A stretch of DNA of 63,856 nt, filler included, from Sluysia triapertura (Eukaryota): NCBI GenBank assembly GCA_046118255.1. It is 4 parts of 4 records of this genome, joined end to end, with 100 filler letters (N's around TTAATTAATTAA, not from the genome) between each part and the next. Parts side by side here need not be neighbours in the genome. Positions count along the whole stretch, not along the records: positions 14,885 to 29,264 come from JBJNIA010261730.1; positions 29,365 to 52,229 come from JBJNIA010212920.1; 2 more parts are not named here. One strand, 5' to 3'. The stretch's first letter is position 1. Every line of letters begins with the position of its first letter. A program made the translations under genes and the position numbers. Below, piece after piece: positions 25,802-40,377 of the stretch. The notes beneath the pieces are model-generated. The model was not told where the DNA came from. It saw only the letters and a list, made by a program, of their open reading frames with translations, and searched no databases.

Positions 25802-27649
25802 GTTATATTATCAAAAGTCATAACAATAATAATCAAGTATATAATAAAAATTAATTTTCCATAATAAATAATTCAAATCTGATTCAAAATATCTTTTTAG
25901 ATCATATTTAAATTTGAAAATATAACCTTGCTAATATTAGCGGAAACATAATTGAGAATATTTTCTTTAATTTCCAGAACTTCCATTTTCTTGAAATGCT
26001 GGCCCTTAAGTGCGTAAGCCCGGTGTCATAAAGGTCTTACGTATATAAAAACATAAATAAAAATAAAATTAAATATTTATAAACCAAATTCTCACAGTAA
26101 TACGCACTAACAGCATTTTTCATGCAGTCAAAAATATAAGTATAATTTATGAATAAATATTCACTTTTATTTAATTCAGAAAATTGAATTGCTACTTTCG
26201 AATCTCCAAACTATTGTCAAGAATTATTTAATATTCTATCGTCTTTGTAATAATAATTTTAATAATAAGAATAAGAACAACAATAATAATATTAATAGTA
26301 ATAATAATAAATTGCAAATAAAATAATGATAATAATATTAATAATATATTGACAAAAATTTTCTATAATAATAATAATTTTAGTAATATAATAAAAAATA
26401 ATACAAAATATAACAATAATAATAATAATAAGGTTTTGTAGCCTGAATCAATTTTTAGTTAAAAATAGAGTGGCTATTCACAAAGAAGTACGTTTGTACT
26501 CCTTTAATAATTATTATAAATTCGGCGAATAAGGAGTACACAGCCAATTTTTATCGTAGTTCACATTTTTTTATTGCAGCCTAGTATTTGATTTTGATAT
26601 AATTGTTTGCGCGAATTAATTTGTTTAAATAGTGCAAAGAACTCCTTTCAAATATATTTAAAATACGCGCACCATCTTCGCAACCATTTTAATGGGATCC
26701 CAAATATCAAAAAATAAATTATATAGTTTTAAAGTAAAAAACGAAGTCGTCTTTGTAAAATTGTTTTCACACCGGTTTAAAGACAGTGATAAAAACATTT
26801 TTTAAAATCCTTTTTAAATAAGATTACCTAACAATACTTAAATCTCATTAATACAGGGACAATGATTTAACGAGTTTTATTAGGCTCAAATTGATAAAAC
26901 TTTATCTTTAAATTAAGGACCTTTAATTATAACTTGATATTGATAGCTGTGATTCCACAAGCCAAAAATAACATTTTTGCTGAGAGAATAGAAAGGAAAT
27001 TGCTCGAAATTATGATTTGAAATTTATATCTTTACTTTGGTATAACATCTGGGAAATATTTCTTACTGTGCACACCACCAGTTTACATCTGGTGTTCACG
27101 GATGAATTAAGTCCAAACAACTTCGAATGCTATGCGATAGATTCGAATTATTATTAAACGTTAAAGGTTAGTTATTGCTTTATCTTAACTTGGTTGCAAT
27201 GGGTTTTGAAGTTGAGAAACATTGGTTTATTTATTTGTGTAATTTTTATGTTAACTGGCAATTATTCGTGCAGTTAAAGTTTATTTTGGATAATTACTAT
27301 TTATTGTCATAACTGATTAATTTAATATTGATAATATTTAGAATAAAATTGCAGTTAATTTTATTCTGATTTCTGAGATTTGAATTTAAAGTAATTTTAG
27401 ACGCAACATTATTAAAATCAAAAACATTAAAGAAACAATCAACAAACAAAATAACTAAACAAGATAAATAATTAAATATAAATTACTGTTAAACATTCGA
27501 AGATCATGCTTGTAACATAATTTTATTACTAATAAAATAAATAAATGAAAATTACTGTATCATCACGGAATAGATCATCAGTCATAATAACATGCATTGT
27601 TATAAAATCCAATTATTAATTACGTTTAACATGTACTTAAAATCTATAC

Positions 27650-28700
27650 AATTATTTATTTCCTACATTTTCAACTTCCAATTATCATCTAGCTTATTAA
27701 CCTAACATTCCTTACACAAATCATTTGAAGATTTTTTGAGAATCGAGCGGACAATGATAGCTCTAACAATTACATGACATTCATTTCCAGACTAGTATCA
27801 TGAACATAAAAAATTGATTAATTGTTAAATGCTATTTCTCCGTAGTCTATTCAATCTATTGTGATTTAAATTATTTCTCAAGTCAAAATTTCAAATATAT
27901 TATTATTAAAAATAGTGATTTTAACTTTAGTTTTTAGAATTTATTTTATTCAATTATTTTTGGCTAATTTTCTATTGGAAAACGTTTAAAATTCTTATCC
28001 TCAAACAATCAATCTCATAAGTTATTCAATAAATCATTCGTACCAATATTTTCACACTCAATTCATTCTCGTTGCATTATTAAACGATAAGAATTTAATA
28101 TTTTTTGAGAATAAATTCAAATTCAAATTCAAATCATATCTCTATCTACAAATTTCTACAGTCATGATTTTAACGCAGCATTCCATATTCAAACGTTATT
28201 TTATAAAACTTATTTTCCATAAATAAGTTAATTAAGATTTTATTTAATTTAATATATTTTTAGAGTTTATCTTATTTTATGCTTAAAGATTTTCCAAGGT
28301 AATAAAGTTATTTGATACTTACGGAGTTGTAGAGATTTTAATTTTTTGTTACTTTATCTGCTTATTTTGTTAATTTATTTCAATATCAAATTCATGTTTA
28401 CTATTAATAGCAGTATTTTTATTTCACAAGTATTTTAAACATTTTTGATATTTTACATGGTTTTCCTTTTGTTTCAAACACTTATTAATGTTCTTAGGAT
28501 TCATAATTACCTAAAGGTTTGCAAGAATCTTAAAAGGTTTTGAAAACTTCCAAAAATGTTTTAAATTCTCGAAAGTCTCGAAGGTTCTACAAATGTCTTC
28601 AAAGTTCTTAAATAATTTTTGAAACTCTAATATATGATTATGTATGTTTTCATCTTTTCTTAACGATGTCAGATTATGTTTCTGTTATTTTAAATTTATA
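27650..28700 (+). repeat. Dispersed repeat R1, copy 3
   Basis: Colinear with 55640-56500 (CAAATCAT..TTGAGAAT..GACAAT..ACAATTACATG) and inverted relative to copy 1. Confidence 0.7.
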
Positions 28701-29364
28701 TTTTTCATTTGTGTGAGTGTACAAGTGTGTGGTTAGTCTGGAGTTACTGCACATTTCTCATCGATACTCACATTATTATAAAATGAGGCAAACCTTTGTG
28801 TATTTTTCTTAAAGAATTGATTTTGATTCTTTCATGATTGTTGAATCTTGTTATTAATTTCACGATTTATATTTGAAAATTAGATAATCCAATAGACGTT
28901 AATTTCTTATCCATATGTAGTTATGAATGTTGTTTGGCACTCGGTGGAGGGCGTTAATTGCTTGAGATTAGAGGTAGTTATGTTTAATTTTATATCATGA
29001 TGCGATAATTCAAAACATTTTAATATCTCGGGAGACTTTGTTATTTTTACGGCGGATCTAGTACTACACAAGATGATCAACTTATGCTTCGGCATTTCTA
29101 CTCTCATTCCGTTAGTGTATGAATTAGTTACAAGGTTGTTGTAAGAAAATTGGTGAGAAACCTTATTAAACTTATAGTCTCTCTTCGTTTTACAATTGCC
29201 CCTAGATATTTTGTAACATGAGGTCAATTTAGGGAAATGATAACGTCTATGGAGACATTCGTAGNNNNNNNNNNNNNNNNNNNNNNNNNNNNNNNNNNNN
29301 NNNNNNNNTTAATTAATTAANNNNNNNNNNNNNNNNNNNNNNNNNNNNNNNNNNNNNNNNNNNN

Positions 29365-29433
29365 CATTATGAGCGGGTATTCTTAAGTACAGTCCATAAA
29401 ACGGGTAATAATACCCGCCCCGCTCATAATGTG
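29365..29433. mobile_element. Tiny TTAA-flanked MITE (piggyBac-type end) next to a gap
   Basis: CATTATGAGCGGG...CCCGCTCATAATG inverted repeat followed by TG-TTAA, with an internal CGGGTA/TACCCG hairpin. Confidence 0.55.
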
Positions 29434-29720
29434 TTAATAAGGCTAGTTTAAAGTTTAATATTCTTAAAATCTTTCATCTGTACGCTAGACCATAATCGGC
29501 TAGCTTAATTGATTCGTAAAATTAGGCCAGAGTCTGGCTAGTTCAATTTGATTTAACTTATATAAGTTTTTACTTGAGTTTAACTTAATTGGAAGTAGTG
29601 TTACGCTTCAATTGATAAGTTTATTTAGTATTCTTTTAAGTATATTAAAATCCTAATAGACCGCCTTCGGTCGGATATAAGTCGTCCCTGTTAGATGAAC
29701 TCCGCTTCAGATAAGAAATC
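29434..29720 (+). mobile_element. Partial inverted copy of the 9456-10538 LTR
   Basis: AAAATCCTAATAGACCGCCTTCGGTC and AAGGCTAGTTTAAAGT are reverse complements of 9509-9534 and about 9738-9753. Confidence 0.8.
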
Positions 29721-31443
29721 TTTTTGCAAGAGTTTTAATATAAAACTACACCATAAATATAATATTAATTATTCATTTTAAATAATTTTTAAATAATAAT
29801 TTATCATTTTAATTTTTCATTAGTTTGCTATTTTTAATAAAATCAACATTAAATAGTTAATAAATTATTTTAAATTAAGAATTAAATTTTAAGAAAATCT
29901 TAATTAGAAAATTTTCGACTAAGGGAAAGATAATTCTTATTTTAATGATTATAATTTTATTATAGTCATATTTGATTTACTCTATTGTTCATCTATTTAT
30001 TATTCAAAGTTAATTTATTATTTTACTATTAATTTACTATTAATTTACTATTTCTTCATTTATTATTAACTATATAATTTGAACTATATTATTATCAGTA
30101 AATTTATTGGTATTGAGAATATTAATGAATTTATTTGGAATATTATAAAAATTTGTATATTGAACGATTAATTTTGAAAATATTATAAGATTTCGTATAA
30201 AAAGAACAGAATATAGACCAAAAAACAGAATTACTTTTCAAAATTATTGAATTAAAACGTATCGAAATTATCTTGATGAAAGATTTAAAATACTTAGACT
30301 TAAAATTATTTATCGAAAATATTTTAACAATTGATTTGAAACAAGAAGATTCAAATGAGAATTATATTTTCTTTTTTGTCGAAAATTATTAAAATTACAA
30401 TCAAATTTTTCTTATTAATAATTATATTGATTTACAATTGAATTAATAAATATTTATTAAAATTATCTTTTCATTTTATCATTTGTAAATTAGACAAGGG
30501 TTAGAAATAGAGTAGTATGGTGCAATAGTAAATTTTAGATTAAGTAATTATAATCAAACCTAATCATTAAGTTTAAATCAAACATTGACTAGCAAAATTG
30601 AATTTAAGTCGAATATTAATTAAGGCATAGTCACATAATTATCGTTTAGTCGATTATTAAGCACTTCTATCTTTAAGGACGAGTATATTGATTCATACCT
30701 CCAGTTAAGTTTAATATAAAGTGATAACATTGATAGAGAAGTTCAGAATAATTATAAGAATTCATAAAGAGATTTAAATTAAGAGTAAAGAGCAAGAGTT
30801 TTGCAAGGACCTATAAAATTTATAAAGTATAAAATAGCATTCAGACATATTTAACGTTGACGAAAGTTTAATAAAGTAAAGGCAAAGAAATAACACATAA
30901 ATTTTTAGACTTAGAAGAAACAAAAATATTTTCCATGTACGACATAAAATCTAATTATAATATTATAAAAAATTTAGGAATATATTATAGTTAATTTAGT
31001 TTTGTTTTTATTTTGAGACCAAAGAAATTTCAAATTTTATTTGGACTTTCATCTCTTACATAAGGAACAAGTTGGAAATACGATTTTTCAGGTAATATCA
31101 AAATCAGTAAATATTAGACAAAGTATTGTGATAGTTTTGATTTTAAAGTTAAACTAAAATAATGTAAAAATAAGTTTTACAAAGTTTAAAAAGTTGTATT
31201 TATTTAAAGTTATCGAATAATTTTAAAGAGTTATTAATATTTAGTAAAGAATAAATTTAAAGATAATAAGTCTAATTTAAATTCCGAGTTATTAACGACA
31301 CATGTTTTATTAGATAACGATAAAATATTATAACTTCGTAAATTTATACCATAAAGAGAAATGTAATGATACTTTTTAGAATTCGAGTCATTTAAATTAA
31401 AGTATTAAAACTATTAAAAATTATAAAACTACAATATACTTAC

Positions 31444-34400
31444 TGTAATTCCACACCATTCGCATCGAAATCCTGTCAAACATTCATTTGACCAGCATGC
31501 TTTTTTACAAACTTCGCATTTAGAATTACTTGGCAAATTACCTTCTCTCCAATGATGGAATTGTTTATATGAGTTCTACAAAAAATAAAATTATTTTAAC
31601 ACTAGAACTACTAAGACCGTCATATTGATGGTTATCAAATTTCATGCTTAAAAATTTGATATAATTTACGCATTATTCTAGGATTTTATAACGTGACTTT
31701 TAATGAAATATAAGAACATTTAAATATTCCTATTCAATTTCCACTCAGCCATTTTAACTTCCATAATTAGTATGACCTATACCTATTTATACCAATGACG
31801 GCTTTGGCAATTTCAAAGTTGAATGATCCAGTGCTGGACAGCCATTATAACGAGATCTATTTTGCTCCGTTTACAATTCAGTTTAGAACTGAGTGGTATT
31901 ACTGATAAATGTAATCAGGACGCAATCATTATCAGTTGTAAAATCTGTGCAATCTTTACAAAAGTCCAATCTCTGGAAATAGTATGAACCTATTTTTATA
32001 AAATTTTGAAATTTATTTTTTGTAAGTCCTAGGCAAAAAAGTTTTCGAAGAATTCAAAGAACTCACTATGATAAATGAAGAATGTTCGGACACTAATTCA
32101 AGTAATAATAATTTGGACATATTTTGCGTGGAAAATAAAACTGATTTTTCAGATTCTCAAGAAGGTTAAGATGAAATTGAAGTAACAGTTACTTAACAAA
32201 GTGAAGATGAATATGAAAATGAAGATTCAGGGAGTGAATATGAAATTTCCCGAAAGAGCCACAAACGCAGCAAGCGATTACGTATATATTTGAATCGGAT
32301 AGTCAAACAGAAACAAAAAAGACAGCAGAAAGAGATTTCTCTCGAGCCAAGCTTGTTACAAACCAGATCAGAATATAAGCGTAGATGAACAAATGTTTCC
32401 CACAAAGGCAAGCTGCAGATTTCTGCAATGTATGCCGAATAAACCGGTCAAATTCAGAATTAAGTTTTGGTCAGCTGTAGTCGTGCGAAGTAAATATCAT
32501 AAATGGCTTTCCATATTTAGGCAAAGATGAACTTAGACCATCACGAGTACCTTTGAATGAATTTGTGGTTTTGAATCGTGTAGAAAATTATGTAAATTGT
32601 GGGAGAAATATAGCAACGGATAGTTTTTTTACGTTTACAACTCGCAAAGAAGCTATTGGCCAAAAAATAAGTCTTGTTGGAACTATGCGAACAAATAAAG
32701 AGAATTGCCGAAAAAAGGTAAAGTTAGAAATCATGGCTCTTTTCTCCACAAAACTCTACAAATCAAATGACTTTTTTCTAACAATTTACAAAAGCAAGTC
32801 TCGTAAAAAAGTACTACTTAGCTCAAAACATAAATCCTTAAAAATTGCTTCTAATAAAACACAAATTCCTGCAACTGTGTCGTTTGGCGTAGATGTAGAT
32901 AGCCAAATAACCAAATATAGTGTAAAAGCAGGGTCACGCAGATGGCCTTTGCAGGTATTTTACAATATTTTGGACTTGGCAGCAATGAATTCGTGGATTT
33001 TATATAAAGAGACTTGTGATAAAAATATAACTAGAAAATAATTTTTGTTTCAGTTATCCGAAGAACTGTCCAGTGAATAAGTTCTGCAGAAAAGCTTCCT
33101 CCCAAAAACAAGAACGGAAGGAAATGGACTGCACTCCAGAAGACTCAAAAAAGTCCAAATTCGATTGTGCAACAAAAGAAGCGATCTATACCTGCAATGC
33201 AAGCAACAGATATGTTTGTGGCAAGTGTTCATATAAGATAACATGAACTTGAAAAATATATCTCATAGTTATTCTTGCAAATGAAATGTGTTTTACTATA
33301 AATTCAAATAGAAACTGTTTTGTTTGTTTTTTTATTATATTATATTCTTTTATTTACATTACCAAGGTCAAAAGTTACAATGAAATCCATGATCAAAAAT
33401 CTGTCAATTTGGCGGGTGCAGTAAAATTAGGTATATATTTATCATCGGTAGTTCTAGTGTTAAACAATGCTACGATAAATAAATGTATAACCATAAAATA
33501 ATTTTAACTAAATAATGTTCAATTAAAGTACATTTCCCATTATACGTAACATCAGGTTCAATAACTAACTACGAACTGTGGACCTTTAAAATTGCTAATC
33601 CGGAGCTTGAAAATAGTTCGAGATTAGAGTGATTCATTGTTGCAGTATTAAAATATAAGTGCTTGTCAAATTTAAATCAAAGTATATTTATTTTAGCATA
33701 CTTCCATGAAATATTTGTGATCGATAAATATTAAACATCATTAAATCCATTATAATTCATTTTAATAACGGCGTGTTTTTATTCGATACAAACAGCTGAG
33801 ACGAGTATAGGACTTATATTGTAAACTAAACTCGATAATATTCAGATTGAATTTAGAATTAGGTCGAAACTAAAGTTAGGCGGAACAAGTAAGATATCCA
33901 AAATAGCCAAATATTAGATATAGGATCATTACAGAAGAGACATTAAGACTGTCAAATTTGATAATAGAGTCAGACTAAAATAAAATCAATACGTGAGACA
34001 AACATAATCAACTAAAAGATATTGCAAGGGTAAAAGTGGCAGAATATATTACTACTGACCAAGACAATTTACTTATTAGCCAAGAGACATTTTAATCAAA
34101 ACATGAAATTTTACAATAATAATAGAAGTAATAATAAATAGAACAACTTATAAGTAATTTAATTAATAACCTGCATTAGCACCACGTGGTTGTAATGCTT
34201 AAATAACTAAATTAATTAAAATCAAATTACAAACTTGAATTTTGCGAATTTTCAGGCTCTACAAAAATATAAATCAATATGTTTTAAAATAGCATAAATT
34301 TTATCACACATTATAATGAAGTATATGATAATTGAGTATAACACTAAAACTACCAAGACCATCATTTTGACGGTTTTCAAACTTCATGCTTAAAAATTTG

Positions 34401-37400
34401 TTATAATTTATGTATTGTTCAAGAATTTTAATGAAATATAAGAACAGTTAAATATTCCTATTCGATTTCCACTCAGCCATTTTAACTTGCATAATTAGTA
34501 TGACCTATACCAAGACCCTTAAAAATGACGGCTTTGGTAATTTGAAAATTGAATGATCCACAGTCTTAGACCGCCATTATAAGGGGATCTATTTTAGAAC
34601 TGAGTAGTCTTACTGTTAAATGTAATCAAGCGTAATCATTATCAGTTGTACAATCTGTGCAAAAGTCAAATCTCGGAAATTAGTATGAACATATTTTTAT
34701 AAAATATTGAAATTTATTTTTGTAGACTCTAGGCAACAATGCAACGATCTCCAGGAAGCAAGAAATTATTCGAAGAATTCAAATGACGACCTAATTCAAG
34801 TAATAATAATTTGGGCATATCTTGCTGATTTTTCAGACTTTGAAAAAGGTGAAGATGAAATCGAAGTACGAGATATTGAAAGTGAAGAAGATTCACGGAG
34901 TGAAGATGAAATTCTCCGAAAGAGCCATAAACACAGAAAGAGATTGCTCTCGATGGTACTAAATGTGAAGAATTAGGCAATGGTTGTGTTGATAGATTGT
35001 CATCACATATTATATACAAGGATGCTTCAGGCCCAATTGGTTATGCGAAGCGAAACATTATGATTGGTAATGTTAGGAGTGCATTTAAACATATAGTTGA
35101 TAAACTTGTACTGAGCTCGAGGCCAGAAATGTTTTACAAAGGACGATTTGGAAATTACTATTGAAGAATTATATGCGTTTGTAGTTATTTTGTATTCTCG
35201 AGTAGCCTTCGAAGCGAGAAATTTCAAATTATTGTATTTGTGGTCAGAAAAATTGAGACCTTCTTTCTTGCATGAAACTGAGTAGAAACATATTTTCAGA
35301 AATTATGAGATTCATTCGTTTCGACACAAAAAGCGAGTGTTCGCTTACGAAATGACAAATTTGGATTAGCTTCCGACGTATGGAAGTCCTTCATTGAAAG
35401 TAGCCAAGATTGTTACAAACCAGATGAGAATATAAGTGTAGATGAACAACTTTTATAGCTGAAATATTTTAATTATATTTACACAATTTTACATTAAAAA
35501 CAATTAAATTATTTCTTTCTAGAAACAATTTAAAATAAAAGGCACAAAATAAAATTCCGAAAATAACATGTTAATAATACAATACGTTTGGAGGAAGAAT
35601 TCATAAGGTGTAAGATATAGACAAATAAATGACATAAGCCAGTTAACTAAGCTTATTTCTAAACTAATGATCTGGTTTGTCATAAACTCGATATTATTAT
35701 CATAATTTGCTGCAACCAAATAGTATTGTGCAGGATTAGGCATCAGCTAATATTTTTCGCCGAATTTAACCATAGAAATAGAAACATTAGGTGTATACAA
35801 TTGTGTATAACTAATAGAATTAAAACCAGATATGTGTTTGATGCCATTTAATCCTGTTTCAAAATCATCAACATGTATAAATTTCGCGACGATAATAGCA
35901 TTAGAAAATTTATCATCTATTGTACACATAAAATTTGAATTGAAGACTTTTCGACTCCGAAACTATATATACTCATGTTTATCGGATAATTTAAGTTGAT
36001 CAGCCGAATACATTTTGTTAACTCTGCAAGCTGTTGAAATAATGGTCGTCCTTTTAAATTATATTTCATTTATATTTTTAGTATCTCGTCACTAATTTGC
36101 TCGTTGATCTCATCAACTTCATTCAGTAATTCATCACGTTTTACTAATTAAGAAATTTTGTCGTTACTGTCATTTATAGATACTATAGTAAGGTAAGCCA
36201 TAATTTCAACTAAGTTGGAAATAATATCAAATTGTGCATCTACTACTAACTTTAGTAGATAATAGAAATTTAACACGTTGTCGTAATTTATTAAATAAAT
36301 TTAATTTTTATTATAATTATTACTCTTATAGTTTAAGAAAATTATTCACAAACAAATTCATTATATCATACGTCTTGTCTAATTTTATCATTACTCCAAA
36401 TTATTTCACTGATAATTGTACATAAAGTGACAAAACTATACCAAAAATATAAAATACTAAAAATAATTTCAATGAAATAATTTACAGGTAATGTACATTG
36501 AAGAGTCGTATTGTACCTAATTGAGCAAGTTTTAAAAAAAACAAATACATGTTTGTCGATACATTGTTTAATAATTGCACCATATGGTGGCCAAGATAAT
36601 TCGATAATTTGAGATTATTTCCTGCTTGAGTCATTATCAAAACATAAATTTCCATTTGAATTAAAGCATTAATTATATAAATTAATTTTATTATTAAATA
36701 AGTGACATTTAAAAGTACAATTTTTCGAATTCCATTCGTGACATATTTAATTTTAATTTACTGAAATCATTTTGATTCATTCGATTTAATATTCTTTCTT
36801 CTCGAGTTCAGTTTCTATTGTAATTCTAGATGAATTTACTTTGCTTAATTTTGCCACTGTTTCGATAAAACTTGTTTAGGCTAAACAGTTTATGGACGCT
36901 TCATTTCCAAAACAGCTTGAAAAATTTCTGAATTGAATTCCGATGGTTTTGGTTTGATTATAAATTTATCATAATGTGACTGAATATTATATCTTTCGAT
37001 TCTAGTGGTGAGGTGGTGTTCTTAATCTTTTTATTTTTTGTTTATCTAATAGCGCCGCCTGATGAGTTTCATCAACTATCCGTTCACGTTCCTTTTCTTT
37101 TGTGCGGCTTATAATATTTATCACTATACATATAACACTTGGTAATGTTTTTAATTGTATTTAAATCTTATAAAATCCTATCATTATCTCGCTTGTAATT
37201 ATATAATTGTTTGAAGGTTGATTATTATTCTCTTTAATAATCCTGTTAAGCTTTTGTTCTGCACGATGCAGCATTTTGATAGTTGATGTTGAGGATGAAG
37301 AAGGTAGTTGCTGTTATGGTTGAATAATGAGAACAAATGATGGTAATTGGTTATATTGTGAGAAAGAGAGAGTATTATGGTAAAGTTGAGAGGAATTGAA

Positions 37401-40299
37401 ATTGTTATAGAAATTTCATTTTTGAATGAAAAGATTTTAAGTTATTAATATTTAATATGTTATGTTATTTAATTGTTATATGGTTATGAAATTAAATTTT
37501 GAGTAATGCATTTGGTCACCACACAATTGTTTCCCACAAAAGCAAAATATGCCGAACAAACCGGATAAATTCGGAATTAAGACGTGCGAAGTAAATATGT
37601 TATAAATGACTTTCCATATTTAGCCAAAGATGAACTTTGAATGTATTTGTGGTTTTGAATCTTGTAAGAACCCATGTAAATTGTGGAAAAAATATAACAT
37701 ATAATTTTTTACTGTGTACAACTGGCCAAAAAACAAGTCTTGTTGGAACTATGCGAACAAATAAAGAGAATTGCCGAAAAAAGCTAAAGTTAGAAATCAT
37801 GGCTCTTTTCTCCACAAAACTCTACAAATCAAATGACTTTTTTCTAACAATTTACAAAAGCAAGTCTCGTAAAAAAGTACTACTTAGCTCAAAACATAAA
37901 TCCTTAAAAATTGCTTCTAATAAAACACAAATTCCTGCAACTGTGTCGTTTGGCGTAGATGTAGATAGCCAAATAACCAAATATAGTGTAAAAGCAGGGT
38001 CACGCAGATGGCCTTTGCAGGTATTTTATAATATTTTGTACATGACACCAAATAATTCGTGGATTTTATATAAAGAGACTTGTGATAAAAATATAACTAA
38101 AAAACAATTTTTGTTTCAGTTATGCTAAGAACTGTCCAGTGAATATAAGTAGTGCAGAAAAGAAGCCTCATCCCAAAACAAGAACGGAAGGCAATGGATT
38201 GTACTCCAGAAAACTCAAAAAAGTCCTTATGAACGTAAATCTTGCCAAATTCGATTGTGCAACAAAAATAGAGCGACTTATACCTACAATGTTGTGGCAA
38301 GATATGTGCCTCAGTTATTTCATGTTCTGTACTATAAATGCAAATAGAAACTGTTTTTGTTTGTTTTATTAATAAATGTTGTTTTTGTTAAATTACATTC
38401 AAAAGTTACAATGAAAGTCATGATCAAAAATCAGTCAATTTGACGGGTATGGTAAAACTAGGTATATATTTATCATCAGTAGTTCTAGTATTAAAATGAA
38501 AGTGATAATCACCACGTATAAATGAAATTAACAGCATTTTGTGAATTTTTATACTTAATACATTTACATAATTTATCTCGTTCTTAGTAATTAAAATTTC
38601 ATAAAAATAAAATATGTATATATCATATAAAATTTAGAAGAATTCAAATATAAAGTTTAAATTTTCAGTCGAAAACTTATTTTAAATTATAATTGTTGAT
38701 AATTATTTTCGCAAGCAAAAAGTCTCGATTGGCAAAAAAGAAAATTCTATAAAATTACTAAAGATGAATTGTGCTTTAAATTAGAATTGGGTAATAGCAA
38801 ATAGTCAAGATGGATACACAATTTTTATATTTTTTAATTTTAAATTTACTTTATACTTACTTATTTAAATTGAATTTTTTAAGTTTGATTCTAAAAACAA
38901 AAAATAATGACCCATTACAAACATTTGAAGTCATTAAATGTTTAAAAGTACAAGTCTTATTTACTTATTTAACCCATTAATTGCCATGATTCTCATTTGG
39001 GTTTTTGAAATTTTCGTACACTATTTTGAACTAAGAATGTATCTGGTGCTTTTGGTAGTTTAATATCATTTTATTCGTATAAGTCAATATTTTGTGTATA
39101 GTTTCTTTTCAACAAGTGAACAAGTTTGGAAATCATTTGTAAGTTGTAAGTAATGATATAACCGAAAAATAAAAATAAAAAGTTAAAATGCCTTTAAATT
39201 TTCTTCGATATATTTTTTTATTATCAAAGAAAAATTTATTATGCTTCGAAAAAAAGTAATCATTCTTACTCAATGACTGATATATGCAAGTGAACCAGAT
39301 AGGTCAACAAAGATGGTTTTCGTAATAAACAGAAATAAAACTAAGCTTTATTAATGCCATATACATTAAGAAATAAAAATCATATTTTCTACAATTATAA
39401 TAAACTTTAAGATTCTCGTATTGACTTTGATATAATTATAATTCTACTCTGATCAGAAATTTTGTCAGAAATGTGTTTCAGATCTTACCATCTTAAAATT
39501 TACCAACTAAAATCACTTTGTTAAAGATTATCAAAAACTTATATCTAGTTTATGGTCAGGTCATTCAAAAGTTTTTGATCATAATTTACAGTGATTGAAA
39601 TTCAAGAAAAAGCCAAAGAACATAAAAACAATTATTAGATCAAACTTCGCTAACTTTAATGCACTGAAATCTTCTGAACGATTTTTTAAAATGATTTAGA
39701 ATATTTTCAAATGATTATTTTACGTTATCGGTGAATGAATTAATTTTTTGAATCAAAAGGTAGTTACTTTTCTTTCACTTAGTATTTCCTTCCATTCATA
39801 TCCATGTAGTTTTATGTAAACAGGTGATACAGATACGTGTTAAAGATAATGTTAGTTCAACAGAAATATAAATTTTAAAAGTTTTATATTGCTGGAAAAA
39901 TCAAAAACATATTTTATTTATTTGCTTAATGAGGATATTTATTTAGAACATTGTTTTTGCATTTGATGTGCTCGTACTCGTGCTTTTAAGTTTCAGGCAA
40001 CAATTAATATACATTTTTTCAGGGGTATCCAACATAAAACAAAATGATTAATTAAATTTAAGTTTATTTAAAAATATCTCAGGCTGATTGGATTATTGGT
40101 AACTATTTTCATAAACATTATAAATCATTCTTGTACAACAAAATAACCACGCAATCATCGTTGGATATTGGCCGACTTCGAAATTCGAAGTCAGTATTAC
40201 ATAAGTTGCATAAAGTACTGCGCAACATTTTAATTAAGAGTTTTTAAAGTATTTCAATTTTCTTAATTTCTGCTTTAGAGCACATAAAAAAGTGAAAAA

Positions 40300-40377
<78 letters not shown>

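Noticed and set aside
26090-26135. LHEKCC*CVLL*EFGL as the next DGK exon
   Set aside because: In-frame stops, wrong Cys spacing and no proper acceptor.
28907-29227. 106-aa minus-strand ORF
   Set aside because: No recognisable motif, non-ATG start and adjacent to a gap; coding strand uncertain.
34173-34198. 26-bp near-palindrome GCATTAGCACCACGTGGTTGTAATGC
   Set aside because: Single occurrence with no supporting context.
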